Assembly (NCBI RefSeq): GCF_030684315.1
Contig: NC_081396.1
Coordinates: 9,353,628-9,417,627 of the forward strand
DNA length: 64,000 nt
DNA from: Stegostoma tigrinum
Taxonomy: Eukaryota
Direction of reading: 5' to 3'
This document shows, one piece after another, positions 1 through 12,457 of this stretch (position 1 is the first letter of the stretch; the number at the start of each line of letters is the position of its first letter). The notes below the pieces were generated by a model, which made no database searches, had not been told where the DNA came from, and was given only the letters and a program-made list of their open reading frames with translations. The position numbers were made by a program, and so were the translations under genes.

Positions 1-1812
1 CACCTCATTTTCACCATGGACGTCCAGTCTCTATACATCTGCATTCCTCATGTAGATGGCCTCAAGGCACTGCACTTCTTCCTGTGCCGCAGGCCCAACC
101 CTCATCCGCCTAGACGAACTCGTCCACACCCTCAACAACTTCTCTTTCGATTCCTCCCACTTCGTACAGACAAAGGGGGTGGCCATGATATGTGGATGGC
201 CACATGGGCCCAAGATATGCCTGCCTCTTTGTAGGTTACGTGGAAGAGTCCGTCTTCTGCACCTACACAGGCCCCAAATCCCACCTCTTCCTCTGTTACA
301 TTGATGACTGTATCGGCGCCACCTCTTGCTCTCCAGAGGAGCTCGAACAGTTCATCCACTTTACCAGAACCTTCCACCCCAACCTTAAGTTCACCTGGGC
401 CATCTCCAACACATCCCTCACCATCCTGGACCTCTCAGTTTCCATCTCAGGTTACCAGCTAGAAACTGATGTCCATTTCAAGCCCACTGAATCCCACAGC
501 TACCGAGAATACACCTCCTCCCACACACCGTCCTGCAAAAATTCCATCCCCTATTCCCAATTCCTCCAACTGCACCACATCTGCTCCCAGGATGAGGCAT
601 TACACTCCTGCACATCCCAGATGTCCACGTTCTTCCAGGACTGCAACTTTCACCCCGCAGTGGTCGAGAACGCCCTTGACCGCGTCTCTCGCATTTCCCA
701 CAACACATCCCTCACACCCCTACCCGGCCACAAACGCCCCCAGAGGATCCCCCTCGTCCTCACATACCACCCCACCAACCTCTGGATACAACATATCATC
801 CTATGACACTTCCGCCATCTACAATTCGACCCCACCACCCAAGACATTTTTCCATCCCCACCCTTGTCTGCTTTCCGGAGAGGCCACTCTCTCCGTGACT
901 CCCTTGTTCGCTCCACACTCCCCTCCAACCCCACCACACCTGGAACCTTCCCTGGAACTGCAGGAAGTGCTACACTTGCCCCCACTCCTCCTCCCTCACC
1001 ACTATCCCGGGTCCCAAGATGACCCTCCATATCAAGCAGATGTTCTGCACATCTGCCAATGTGTTATATTGTATCCATTGCACTGGGTGTGGCTTCCTCT
1101 ACATGGGGGAAACAAAGCGGAGACTTGCGGACCGCTTTGCAGAACACTTCCACTCGCTTCACAACAAAAAACTGCACCTCCCAGTCGCGAACCATTTCAA
1201 GTCCCGCTCCCATTCCTCAGACGACATGCCCATCATGGGCGTCCTGCAGTGCCACAATGATGCCACCCGTAGGTTGCAGGAACAGCAAACTCATATTCCG
1301 CTTGGGAACCCTGCAGCCCAATGGCATCAATGTGGACTTCACAAGCTTCAAAATCTCCCCTCTCCCCACTGCATCACAAAACCAGCCCAGCTCGTGCCCT
1401 CCCCCTCCAGCATTCCAAAACCAGCCTAGCCTGTCTCTGCTTCCCTAACCTGTTCTTTCTCTCACTCATCCCTTCCTCCCACCTCAAGCCATACCTCCAT
1501 TTCCTACCTACCACCTCATCCCGCCTCCTTGACCTGTCCATCTTCCCTGAACTGACCTATCCCCTCCCGACCTCCCCACCTATACTCTCCTCTCCACATA
1601 TCTTGTTTTCTCTCCATCTTTGGTCCGCCTCCACCTCTCTCCCTATTTATTCCAGTTCCCTCTCCCCATCCCCCGCTCTGATGAAGGGTCTCGGCCCGAA
1701 ACTTAAGCTTTTGTGCTCCTGAGATGCTGCTGGGCCTGCTGCGTTCATCCAGCTCCACACTTTGTTATCTTGGATTCTCCAGAATCTGCAGTTCGCATTG
1801 TCGCTGATACAA
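1..1812 (+). mobile_element. Penelope-like retroelement (Neptune-type), decayed; RT + Cys-rich linker + GIY-YIG endonuclease + 3' terminal repeat
   Basis: Frameshifted ORFs give RT motifs (MDVQSLY, GVAM..MGP.YACLFVG, YIDDCIG, LDLSV), a Cys-rich linker and GIY-YIG (LYCIHCTGCGFLYMGETKRRLADRFAEH). The 3' repeat has a hammerhead core at 1678. Runs off the window start. Confidence 0.93.
1675..1708 (+). ncRNA. Minimal hammerhead ribozyme motif in PLE terminal repeat (cleavage triplet mutated)
   Basis: gct-CTGATGA-a-gggt-ctcg-gccc-GAAAC-tta-agc: conserved core, stem II, short stem I (gct/agc). Confidence 0.6.
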
Positions 1813-2089
1813 TCATTGCGGTGATACTTCACACCACCCACTGTGGCCCTTCATTCAGCTGTATATCCCGGACCTCTGGGATTCCACCTTTAAATATTAT
1901 CATCTGTCCATTTACCTGTCCTCTTTGTGACCCACCATCTTCATAAATGCAATCAGGTGAGCAAGCATGTTACAACCCACCATAGCATACATTTCAATTT
2001 CAGTCAAGGCTCAGGGTAGAGTTACCCGCCCTGCAATATCCTGAAATCAACAGCTATTCCCAGATGTAAACGTGGAAAGACTACGGTTA

Positions 2090-2440
2090 AAATTCCAGTG
2101 CACAAGCGATGATGAGCAGCACTGTTTGAGACGCTCTGTTTTGGGGGAGACAGTGAAATAAATAATTATCTGGACTCGCGTCATGAGGTATAATTATCCA
2201 TGGCACTGTTTCCAAGAACAGAGGAGGTCTCTGTCCTGGCCAATGTTTAACCTTCAAGCAGTGTCACAAGACATGCGTATCTTTTCATGATCACATTAAC
2301 AGTTTGGGGCTGCTTGATGTGTAAATATGTTTGACCACATTTCCGACATCACAACAATGACTCGACTTTAACAAAACACTTTCATCTGTAAGGGACATTT
2401 TAGGACGTGGGATGGTCGGAAAAGGCTCCATGCAATTGAG
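2090..2440 (+). mobile_element. Deu-domain SINE (SacSINE1/AmnSINE-like), decayed
   Basis: ccatggcactgtttccaagaa...tgtcctggccaat... followed by the acaacaatgact...ttt(a)ggacgt tail resembles the recalled DeuSINE core and tail. Confidence 0.6.
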
Positions 2441-3257
2441 TTTCACGTTCCAAATCTCTGCGATGCTCAAGATGTTCTTTCACATTCAAATCGAGTCTCA
2501 ATTAATCCACTGAATAGTTTACATTTTCGATCAAAAATATTTTCCTCTTTGCAATTCGATCTGACTTGTTTCCGGTGATATAAAAACAAATTGACATTTA
2601 TGACAACAACAAAAGGAAAATGAATGTGGGTGTGAACATTTGCTTTCACCAATACTTGAAGTTGCTGGAACGTCTTTGAGTATCCTCTTTACAACAGTCA
2701 TTTATTTTCCTGACACGGGTCAGGTGGAGGTGAGAAACTGCCGTTGGAACCGGAAAGCACCTGTTTCATACTCACGCACCCTTGAACCACATTCGTCACT
2801 GTTAACCTTACAGCAGCAGCGAGAAACTCCCCCGAACGAGTTGGTATCAACGTAACATCAAAGTTTTTAAAATAGACGCTCACTTTACGGTTTACTTTTA
2901 TTCTCCCTGGCGGAAAACTTATATGCAACGTCGTGAACAGTTCCATCCTAATCTAAAACCAAGTTTCAGGTATTAAGTCCCAGAGAGAGGAAGAATGAAA
3001 ACAAACTGAAACACCCATTTTCCCGAGCAGATGGTAACTGACAATGTAACGGAAATATTCAGGCAAACAAAACTGTGAAATGCATACAGAAAATTAGCGG
3101 CCTTGATGCCTGGCACAGATCTCACACAATGAAAAGCATGATTTAATAGGTGCAAGGATGCAATTTCTACTTCATTAGTGTGTGAAATTATGCAACAAGT
3201 TTTTGGAGTTTTCTTATTTAAGTAAAAATAAAAAGGAACAATTTTAACTGTTTTCAT

Positions 3258-3446
3258 AGATAGTAGGAACTGCAGATACTGGAGAATCTGAGAAAACAAG
3301 CTGTAGATCTTGATGAACACAGCAGGCCAAGCAGCATCAGAGGAACACGAAAGCTGACGTTTCGGGCGGAGGCACTTCTTCAGCTTTCCTGCTCCTATGA
3401 TGCTGCTTGGCCTGCTGTGTTCATCCAGCTCTACACCTTGTTATCT
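3258..3446. mobile_element. Fold-back (inverted) pair of PLE terminal repeats
   Basis: Arms gatgaacacagcaggccaagcagcatc / gatgctgcttggcctgctgtgttcatc. Degenerate TSD aactgttttcat (3246-3257) / aactgattttcat (3449-3461). Confidence 0.85.
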
Positions 3447-3924
3447 AAAACTGATTTTCATGACCGTTGTAACTTTATAGTTACGCCGAGTACTGCAGGG
3501 GCAAAAAACAAATAAAAACTAGGTGCAGGAGGAAGCAGTTCATAAAATTGAACCTGCTCTTCTATTTGATCCAATCAAGGCTGAGCTTATCTCAGCCTTC
3601 ACTTTTCCACCGCACCCCATAACACTTTAGCCATTACAAATTAAAAATATGCCTATCTCCTCCTGAAATTAACTCAATGTCCAGTCGTCCGTTGCACGCT
3701 GGAGGAAGTGAAGATTCACTACCCTCTTTGAAAGAAGTAATTGATCCAAAACTCCGCCTTAAATCTTCTCCCCTTGTTATAAACTTGTCTTCCAATTTTA
3801 ATTAGCCCTCGTTCCAAGCAATGCTGTTGGAACATTAACGATGCGATTGCTCGGAGGTTGTTGCTTTACTCATCACCACCAAAGCAGGAGCATTGTGGCG
3901 CCTGAGCGTGGTTGTTGAGAGGAG

Positions 3925-4210
3925 AGATAGCAGGAATTGCCAAAGCTGGAGAATGTGGGATGATGAAGTGAAGAGCTGGATGAACACAGCAGGCCAAGCA
4001 GCATCAGAGGAACAGGAAAACTGACATTTCGGGTCTGGACTCTTCTTCAGAAATGGCTGGCTTCACAGTTGGGTTAAAATCGATTCAGAGATAGTAGAAG
4101 CCACGAATGTTGAAGAATCTGAGATAACAAGGCGTAGAGCTGGATGAACAGCAGGCCGGACAGCATCGGGGAGCAGAAAAGTTGATGTTTCGGGTCTGGA
4201 CCCTTCTGTG
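3925..4210 (-). mobile_element. Two tandem PLE terminal-repeat fragments (hammerhead + tail)
   Basis: Two copies of gctggatgaac..gcaggcc..gcagcatc...tttcgggtctggac.cttct. Confidence 0.75.
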
Positions 4211-4689
4211 AAGGATCCATGTCCCTCGAGATGAAATTTCAGTGATTATCTTTTGCCAGTTTCTACATGTCACTTGTTTTATAGCAGTTAGTAGAAGCTA
4301 CAATGAATTCATTTGACATTAGTTACATGCATGCAGTACATAATAGAGGTAGTTAGTTCTTCGGGATATTGATTTTAGATCATTTGTGAACAGCAGCAAA
4401 CTTCTAAATCGTGTTTTGTTTGCAACTTTGATTTTCGTTTTATTACTAGTCGTGGTCAGAGAATCTCTGCAAAGCAATGATTTACAAAAGGGACTCGGGC
4501 AGAAGGAAGCATTGGAACTTTCGACTGCAACTATATCACCATTTCTCTTCCACTGATTTTCTAACAAATAGGAGCTTCGAACCGGAGGTATAGAATTAAA
4601 CATAGTCGTGTGGGAGCCCTTTCGTGCCCTTTATCCCTGTAGTGCTAAATGCTTCTGATGGTGTCTTCAGTTTAATGGTCTGAGAAACA

Positions 4690-5285
4690 TAGCAAAATAT
4701 GAAATAGGAGCAGGAGGAGGCCATTCATTGGAGGAGGCTGGTCCTCCATTATTCATTATCATGGCTGATCGTACAACTCAATAGCTTTCTCCATATAACC
4801 TTGGATCCCATTTGCCCCATGCGCTATATCTAGTTGCCCCTTCAATGCGTTCAATGTTTTGGCATCAACTACTTCCTGTGGTAATGGATTCTACAGGCTC
4901 AGCACTCTTTGTGTTGAAGAAATGTCTCCTCGTCTTCATCCTAAATCGCCCAGCCCGAATCCTCATGCGGTGACCCCGGTTCTGGACACACCCACTATCG
5001 GGAACATTGTCCTTGTGTCTACCCAGTCAAGTTCAGTTAGAATTTTATAAGTGTCTGTGAGATTCCCTTTATTCTTCTGAACTCTAGCGAAAAGAATCCC
5101 AACCGAGTCAATGTTTCCTCATTAGTCAGACCCGCCATCCCAGGAATCAGTCTGGTAAACCTTTGCTGCACTCCCTCCACAGCAAGAGCAACGTTCCTCA
5201 GAAAAGGCGACCAAAACTGCACACAACATTCCAGGTGTGGCCTCACCAAGACCCTGTATAACTGCAACAACACATTCCTATTCCT
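4690..5285 (-). mobile_element. CR1 LINE 3' fragment
   Basis: ORF 5037-5273 LYRVLVRPHLECCVQFWSP...VQQRFTRLIPGM is the CR1 ORF2 C-terminus, followed by a CR1-type 3' UTR. Confidence 0.9.
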
Positions 5286-6174
5286 GTACTCAAGTTGTGG
5301 CCGATGCAGTTAATTTTATCAGCGACAGGAACTATTTGTGCTCTCCTGTACTGACTTGTTTGGTCATTGTTACTTGGCGATTAACCCTAAATGTGGTGCT
5401 GCAGTCTCTCTATGAGAGCAACAACACTCCATATTCGGTGTGATGTGAGTGGCAGAGGATAAAGTCAGTAACACATTGGAAAATACACTGTTTTCCAACT
5501 GAATACAGATCCCCGGCACATCAACAGCCGTAGGTGACCAACAGGAGGGTTTGGTTCAATGTTGTTTTGCGGCCATGGTCAACGCGAAATTATTTTTCTT
5601 AGGTTCGATTTTTAACGAAACAGGCAGAGAAAAGGACTTAACTCTAAGGAACGGCTTATTTTATCGGATTTCTTTCAAATTACGCTTGCCCTTTGTCGGT
5701 TAAGCGAGTTTCAGGAAATAATCTCCGCTTCCATTAAATGGGTCGTCAAGCTGTGAAGAAATTTCGACTAAATCAAATTCAAAACAATGGATTTATCAGC
5801 AGAGACAAATAACATCTCAATACACATGTGCTGACCCTCAGCGAGTTTACACAGTACATCTTCAGGCCAGGCTTCATCCAGAAATCATCGTGACAGTGTC
5901 TGCTTGGCTCTGTAAGTGACACCAATTGAACGCGGTAGTTGACTAAATGAACAAATACAGAGTGGCTGCTGTCCAACTGAACCACGGATTCTAACCTTCT
6001 CATCTGAAAGGGTGAATCCTTCAGAAATTACACGATAAAAGCCTATGATCATATGAAGCCCAGTCTTCAAGGGGGTTGCTTCAAAAGTACCTGTGCAACT
6101 TTAATTTTTAAAATCCTAAACGTAAAATCTGGAAAACAAGACTGTTTACACAGCCGCAATGATTTAGAGATAGT

Positions 6175-6407
6175 AGAGATCATCGGAAATGCAGATGCTG
6201 GAGAATCGGAGATAAGAGGGTTTTGACCTGGATGAACACAGCAGGCCAAGCAGCTTCATTGGAGCAGGAAGGCTGCCGTTTCGCGCCTCGACCCTTCGTC
6301 AAACGTCAGCTTTCCTGCTCCTATGATGCTGCTTGGCCTGCTGTGTTCATCCAGCTGTGCACCTTGTTTTCTCGGTTTCTCCAGCATCTGCAATTCCGAT
6401 TATCTCT
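6175..6407. mobile_element. Fold-back PLE terminal-repeat element
   Basis: Inverted arms meeting at acccttcgtc/aaacgtcagcttt. Confidence 0.8.
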
Positions 6408-6757
6408 GCACGCCAGACATGCTCATATCCCATTCCAGGTATTTTCACAACGTCAAAAACCCTCTGCCCAACTTGTAAAAGCTGTAGGCCGTTTATTCCT
6501 GCACATACACGAGATCACACACAAAGGGTACTGTTCCCACATGGAGCAAAATTGTAAACAAATACCCTGAGCTTCTATGTACAGAATCAATGAAAACAAT
6601 CTACATATTTGACATTCTTCTGCACTAACGTTGCAAAAATTTCTGCTGCTAAGTCATCGACATGGAGCAGACAAGCAGCACCCTGCAAATCCAACTCCAG
6701 ACCATGAGTGGCACTATGCTCTTGGTTTGTGTGAACCAACTGCTCAGAAGGACAGAA

Positions 6758-6884
6758 GCAAATTTCTGCAGATGCTGGAGTCTGTATTGAAAGCAAAAAT
6801 GCTGGAGATAACAGTGGGTAAGGCAGCATCCATGGAGAGAAAGCAAGCTAACTTTCGAGTCTGGATGATTCTCCATCAGAGCTT
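6758..6884 (-). mobile_element. Terminal repeat of another PLE family with decayed hammerhead
   Basis: Minus strand reads agct-CTGATGG-agaatcatccagactc-GAAAG-tt-agct. Related copies at 33825-33950, 34110-34230 and 63410-63530. Confidence 0.6.
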
Positions 6885-7266
6885 AAGATCTTGAAAGTGT
6901 CGAAAACTTTTCGTTCGAGAGAAAAATGCTCCCGAATTACAATCTGTTTTGAAGCGTAACTGCATATAATGATTAAAATAACTTTAAAAAAATATTGTTG
7001 ACACAGTTTTAATGAGTCAACTTCCCAGTCCTGAAGAAGAGTAATACCTGAAACGTTAACGGTTCCTTTCCTCCAAATGCTGCCTGGCCTACTGTGTTCT
7101 TCCAGCCTCCCACTTGTGTGACTTTACTGTAAACTTCGGACTTGAATTCGACCTGGATTTCCCTCAACATTAAATACACCGCCCATGAATCAGCATTTAA
7201 AAGAACGTCTTGACCTTTCCTTTTGTGTGGATTGTCATTCACAGTAGATTAGAAACCATTAGCAGC

Positions 7267-9048
7267 CGCATTCCCCATGCAGATGGCCTAAAGGCCCTCT
7301 GCTTCTTCCTCCCCCACAGGCCCAACCAGTTCCCCTCCACTGACACACTCATCCGTCCAGCCGAACTCACCCACACCCTCAACAAGATAACAAAGTGTGA
7401 AGTTGGATGAACACAGCAGACCAAGCAGTAACTCAGTAGCTCATCAACTTCTCTTTCGATTCCTCCCACTTCCTACAGACGAAGGGGGTAGTCATGGGTA
7501 CCCGCATGGGCCCAATCTATGCCTGCCTCTTTGTAGGTGACGTGGAGCAGTCCCACTTCTGCACCTACACAGGCCCCGAACCGCACCACTTCCTCCGTTA
7601 CATTTATGACTGTTTCAGCGCCACCTCGTGCTCCCAAGAGGAGATCGAACAGTTCATCCACTTCACCAACACTTTCCACCCCAACCTCAAGATCACCTGG
7701 ACCATCTCCAAAACATCCCTCTCCTACCTAGACCTCTCTATGTCTACATCTCAGGAAACCACCTGGAAACCGGTATCCATTTCAAGCCCAGTGACTCCCA
7801 CAGCTACCGAGAATACATTTCCTCCCACTTACCTTGCGGCATAAATTCCATCCCAAATTCACAATTCCTTCGCCTCCGCTGCATCTGCTCCCAGGATGAG
7901 GCATTCCCCTCCTGTACTTCCCAGATGTCCTCGTTCTTCAAGGACCGAAACTTCCCTACCCCCACCCACCCACAGTGGTCGAGAACGCCCTCGACTGTTT
8001 CTACCGTATTACCCGCAACTCATCCCTCACACTCCACTCCCACAATAACTGCCAAAATAGAATCCCCCTCGTTGTCACACACCACCCGACCAACTTCCAG
8101 ATACAACGCATCATCCTCCGACACTTCCGCCATCTACAATCCGACCCCACCACCCAAGACATTTTTCCATCCCCACCCTTGTCTGCTTTCCGGAGAAACC
8201 ACTCTCTCCATGACTCCCTGGTTCACTCCACACTGCCTTCCAACCCCAACACACCCGGCACCTTCCCCTGCAACCGCAGGAAGTGCTACACTTGCCCCCA
8301 CACTTCCTCCCTCACCCCTATCCCAGGCCCCAAGATGACTTTCCCATCAAGCAGATGTTCACCTGCACACCTGCCAATGTGGTACAGTGCATCCGCAGTA
8401 CCCATTGTGGCTTCCTCTACACTGGAGAAACCAAGCGGAGGCTTGCAGACCACTTTTCAGATCACCTATGCTCAGTTTGCAATAAACAACTGCACCTCCC
8501 AGTCGCGAAAAATTTCAACTCCCCCTCCCATTCCTTGAATGACATGTCCATCCTGGGCCTCGTGCAGTGCCACAATGATGCCAAACAAAGGTTGCACGGA
8601 CAGCAACTCCTATTCCGCTTGGGAACCATGCAGCCCAATGGCATCAATGTGCATTTCACAAGCTTCAAAATCTCCCCTCCCCCCACTGCATCCCAAAACC
8701 AGCCTAGCTCGTCCCTGCCTCCCTAACCTCTTCTTCTTCTCACCTATCCCCTCCTCTCACCTCAAGGCACACATCAATTTCCTACCTACTAACCTCATCC
8801 CGTCCCTTTGACGAGTACATCCTCCCCGGACTGACTAATCCCCCCCCCGACCTCCCCACCTCTACTCTCCTCCACACCTATCTTCTCCTCTGTCCATCTT
8901 CAATCTGCGATCCCCCTCTCCCTTTTTATTTCAGAACCCTCTCCTATCCTCCTTTTCTGATGAAGGGTCTCGTTCCGAAACGTCAGCTTTTGTGCTCCTG
9001 AGATGCTGCTTGGCCTGCTGTGTTCATCCAGCTCCACACTTTGTTATC
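7267..9048 (+). mobile_element. Penelope-like retroelement (Neptune-type), 5'-truncated, decayed
   Basis: RT (MGTRMGPIYACLFVG, YIYDC), PCNRRKCYTC linker, GIY-YIG (CGFLYTGETKRRLADHF) and 3' repeat. Absent from the duplicate locus at ~63924. Confidence 0.93.
8954..8988 (+). ncRNA. Minimal type I hammerhead ribozyme in PLE terminal repeat
   Basis: CTGATGA (8957-8963), stem II, GAAAC-GTC (8977-8984). Predicted cleavage after 8984. The palindromic ACGT stem III has no loop. Confidence 0.65.
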
Positions 9049-9994
9049 CCAGCTGCTCTGACAATTGTCATGTTGATTGCTGATGACAAGATCTCAACTT
9101 GACAACGTCCCTCACACTGTAGTCACAAACAATAATGTCATAATTTATATCTAACAAACCTCATAAAAGTTGACGATTAACCACAACATTCAAAATAGAT
9201 ACGTTTCATTGAAGAAAATGTACTAGGAGCCGACTTCCTATGAAGGCTCGGCGATGTTTGAAGTGATCATAGTTTGTCTTTCCCTACCAAAGAAGAATGG
9301 TCAGAAAGCAGATACTCATGAGTTGTTCATGCAGCTTGCGTTCCAGGTCCGTGAGAAACTTTATATCAAAACGTTGTTTTGGCCCTCGATTTTAACATAG
9401 ACATTGGATTAATCACCATGAACTTCTGGAATGTGTACGAAAATGCTGGGTTATTTTTGCAATATTATTCCCTTTTTCCAAATGCAGATGCTGAGGCACA
9501 TGATGCGATTCTCTAATTCTAATTGGGCTTTTTCTTTTATTTCCGGTTTTATGAACAAGCGAATCAGGGGAGCCCCTCTCCCCTTTTCTTGATACTGATT
9601 AATTATTCTGTTAACTCTGCGGCAACACTTCAATTGAATTAGTACAGGGTGTTAATGCAAAAGATGCAATTTGATTTCAAATGGATATTGGTATTTATTA
9701 TTCCCGTCAGATTCATGACATGTAAGTATTTACATTAATCGATAATTGATCTAAATAAAGTTAATTGATAGCCACTGGTAGTTCAAATTTACGCCTTCTT
9801 CAGTCCTCCTGCTGGAATGATCACATTTATAATGTTACTTTTCAATGAGTCAGTAGCTTTGTGTATCCAATTCGATGTTATTTCGTTAATTTAAAGAGAA
9901 CAGCAAGTATGAAGACGTAGGGAGGAAATCCGTGTATCAAGTTCGTAGGCTCTTCTTTGAAAATGAACAGATGAAGCTACAGTCTGGGCAAAAG

Positions 9995-10420
9995 TGAAGA
10001 CAATAAGGATTGTTTTCGTTGGAGTTCAGACAAATGAGAAGGGGTTTGACGGAGACATATAATTCCAACAGGATGGACAGGGTAGATGCAGGGAGGATGT
10101 TCCCGATGGTGGGTGTGTCCAGAACCATGGATTACAGTCTGAGGATTCGGGGCAGAAGATTTAGGATGAAGATGAGGAACTTTGCTTCACCCAAAGAGCG
10201 GTGAGAGTGTGGAATTCATTACCACAGCAAATAGTTGATGTCATAGCATTGAATGTATTGAAGAGGTGACTTGATATTGCACTTGGGGCGAATGGGATCA
10301 AAGGTTATGGGGAGAAAGGAGGATTAAAGTTCTTTTTTGGACGAGCAGCGATAATGGTGAAGGATGGTAGAACAGGTTCGAAGGGCCGAATGGCCGCCTA
10401 TCTTCTATGTTTCCATGTTT
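9995..10420 (+). mobile_element. CR1 LINE 3' fragment
   Basis: FSLEFRQMRRGLTETY...DRVDAGRMFPMVG.SRT, plus a 3' UTR ending aagggccgaatggcc...ctatgtttccatg. Confidence 0.88.
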
Positions 10421-10539
10421 CGAAAGAGAAACAAAGATTCCTAAAAGCATAAATTCGCAATAAGAGAGTAGAGTGGTACAAAATACAATCAAAATGACAA
10501 ATGAAGCGTGTGTCTTTGTATCACGGGGGCGGACATACG

Positions 10540-10735
10540 TCCAAAGATGTGCAGATGAGGGGGATTGGGCAAGTTAAATTGTCCGCAGTGTCCACAGATG
10601 TGCAAGCGAGTTGGATTAGCCATGGGAAGTGCGGGATCGCGGGAAGAGGGAGGGTCTGAATTGAATGTTCTTCAGAGGGTCGGTGCAGACTCAGTGGGCC
10701 AAATAGCGTCTTTCTGCACTGTACGGATTCTATCA
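10540..10735 (+). mobile_element. HE1-type V-SINE, 3' part
   Basis: tccaaagatgtgcag...ggattggc...aaattg V-domain repeats and a CR1-derived tail. Confidence 0.75.
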
Positions 10736-11264
10736 TTCGATGAAGCAGTGAACGTCAAACCGTACTTATGTGGAGTCCTTTGGTCGATATTTTTACTACT
10801 TTGTTGAATTCTGTGCACCACATTCCAGCAATCCATTTGTTGTTTGCACAACACAAATCATCAAAACAGAAATGGGAATAGAATGTTAATTTGTGAGCAA
10901 AAAGGCACGCAGAGGATGATGAATTGTAGCTCTCTCACGACTAAAGTGCCTTTGATTCGGGAATATCGGGAATATTATATGCAGTGGTTGAGGATGTGCA
11001 GTACAGAAACAGGTAAATCATCTAAAAAGAGAAATTGCGGAGCTGATTATGTTAAACAAGACCTTCCAAACTAATTTCTTCGCTACCTGACGTTTACCCG
11101 AACTCTTCTGGCCTCCCACACAATTTGAAACACCTTCCTTGTACTGATTTCACGAAACTGTACAGTAATCAGAAGACATTTCATTGTAAATCTCAGCCTT
11201 CTCCAGAAGAGAGACATATGCAGTTCCACATTTCAGTTCGGTTTAAACTCAAGTCATGTGTGAC

Positions 11265-11392
11265 TTCTGAAGCAGGATCCCGACCCGAAGCGCCAGTTTT
11301 CCTGCTCCTCTGATGCTGCCTGGGCTGCTGTGTTGTTCCAACTCCACACTGTGCTATCTCTGACTCCAGCATCGACAGTTCTTACTATCTCT
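11265..11392 (+). mobile_element. PLE terminal-repeat fragment
   Basis: tctgaagcaggatcccgacccgaagcgccagttttcctgctcctctgatgctgcc...cttactatctct. Confidence 0.7.
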
Positions 11393-11704
11393 GAGTAAAA
11401 ACGACAGTGTCTTTATTGAAAACAGAACTGCTTACATAGCTGCAAAGTTTTACACCCTCTCTCTCGTGCAAGAGCTCTGCTTTTCAGTTACTTTCCAATA
11501 GATATACCCAGAGTTCTTTGTTTGTCTGAGAGTGATCTTGTTCAGCTGCACCGTCACTTTACGCAGAATCATACATTAAGATTCCTTAGTTCTTTGCCCT
11601 CAACAAGATTGATATTTGTCAAGGAGCATGTGATCCCTATGTACTTTAAAACGAACTTACACCAGTTCATACCGATAAATATTGAAAATCATTTGAATTA
11701 TTTT

Positions 11705-11920
11705 TTGAAAAATCTGGAATTTAGAGTCTAATGATAACAATGAAACCATGATCGATTTTCGGAAAATGCCATCTGGTTCTCTCGTATACGTTAGGGAAGG
11801 CAACTGGCATCGTTACCTGGTCTGGAATATATGCAACTCCAGACAATGTGGTTGACTCTTAAGTGCCCTCTGGGCAACACGTTCTGGCCTAATCAGCGAT
11901 GCCCTTAACTTGTGAATATT
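11705..11920 (+). mobile_element. tRNA-derived shark SINE, 3' portion
   Basis: aatctggaatt..agtctaatga...ccatctggttc...aatgtggttgactcttaa..gccctctgggcaa. Same family as 24400-24698 and 53805-54152. Confidence 0.75.
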
Positions 11921-12131
11921 GTTTTTAAATTGCCAATTGTTGGCTCCTTTTAAAAGATTATTAATCTCTGCATTTTGGCAAAGTTTTGTCTTAGCTAAGG
12001 AGAGATACATCTCAGGGTATTGCAGGGTCGGTGTGAGCTGCAAATCAGCTGTGAATGAATTAAATTTGGAGCAGGTCTGAGAAGGTGGAAGTTACAAGCA
12101 CACTCCTGTATTTCTGGGATGTAAATGGAAA

Positions 12132-12457
12132 ATGACGCGAGTTTCATTTTTGCTTTATCCGCCGGTCACATTGTATATTACAGGCGAAGAGGTAGTTTTG
12201 CAATCGTTCCCATCTCAGACTCCGAGTGAACGGAAGACTGTATCAATACACTGTCATGCAACCATCTCATTCTCTGCGGTATACTGGTTCGTGCAAACTC
12301 CGAATCACAGCCTAAAAATGTTGGTCATGGTGACGGGAAGCGAAACGGTGAATAATGGCAGATTTAGAGCTGTCAGTCGAAGTGAAGAGAAAAGCAGCTC
12401 TCTGATAATATCGAGCTTACATCTAACAGACACCGGAACCTACTTTTGTGCCTTACT
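12132..12457 (+). CDS. T-cell receptor variable gene segment (TRAV/TRDV-type), leader + V region, open frame
   Basis: EEVVLQ..KTVSIHC (Cys23) ..VYWFVQ (Trp41) ..GRF..SSSLII..LTDTGTYFCAL (Asp98, Cys104): all V-set hallmarks, no stops. Abuts a consensus RSS. The YFCAL end and lack of nearby D/J favour TCR alpha/delta over clustered shark IgH. Confidence 0.92.

Larger units (their letters stand above)
1830..9140 (+). repeat. Segmental duplication, copy A (paralogous to 56545-64000; interrupted by the PLE at 7267-9048)
   Basis: Colinear non-coding matches, e.g. gggattccacctttaaatattat at ~1878 and ~56588, and ctgatgacaagatctcaa at ~9080 and ~63943. Nested SINE, CR1 and PLE insertions are shared. 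Confidence 0.93.

Noticed and set aside
11500-11570. IYPEFFVCLRVILFSC as a possible separate leader exon for the V
   Set aside because: No ATG and no properly placed splice donor.
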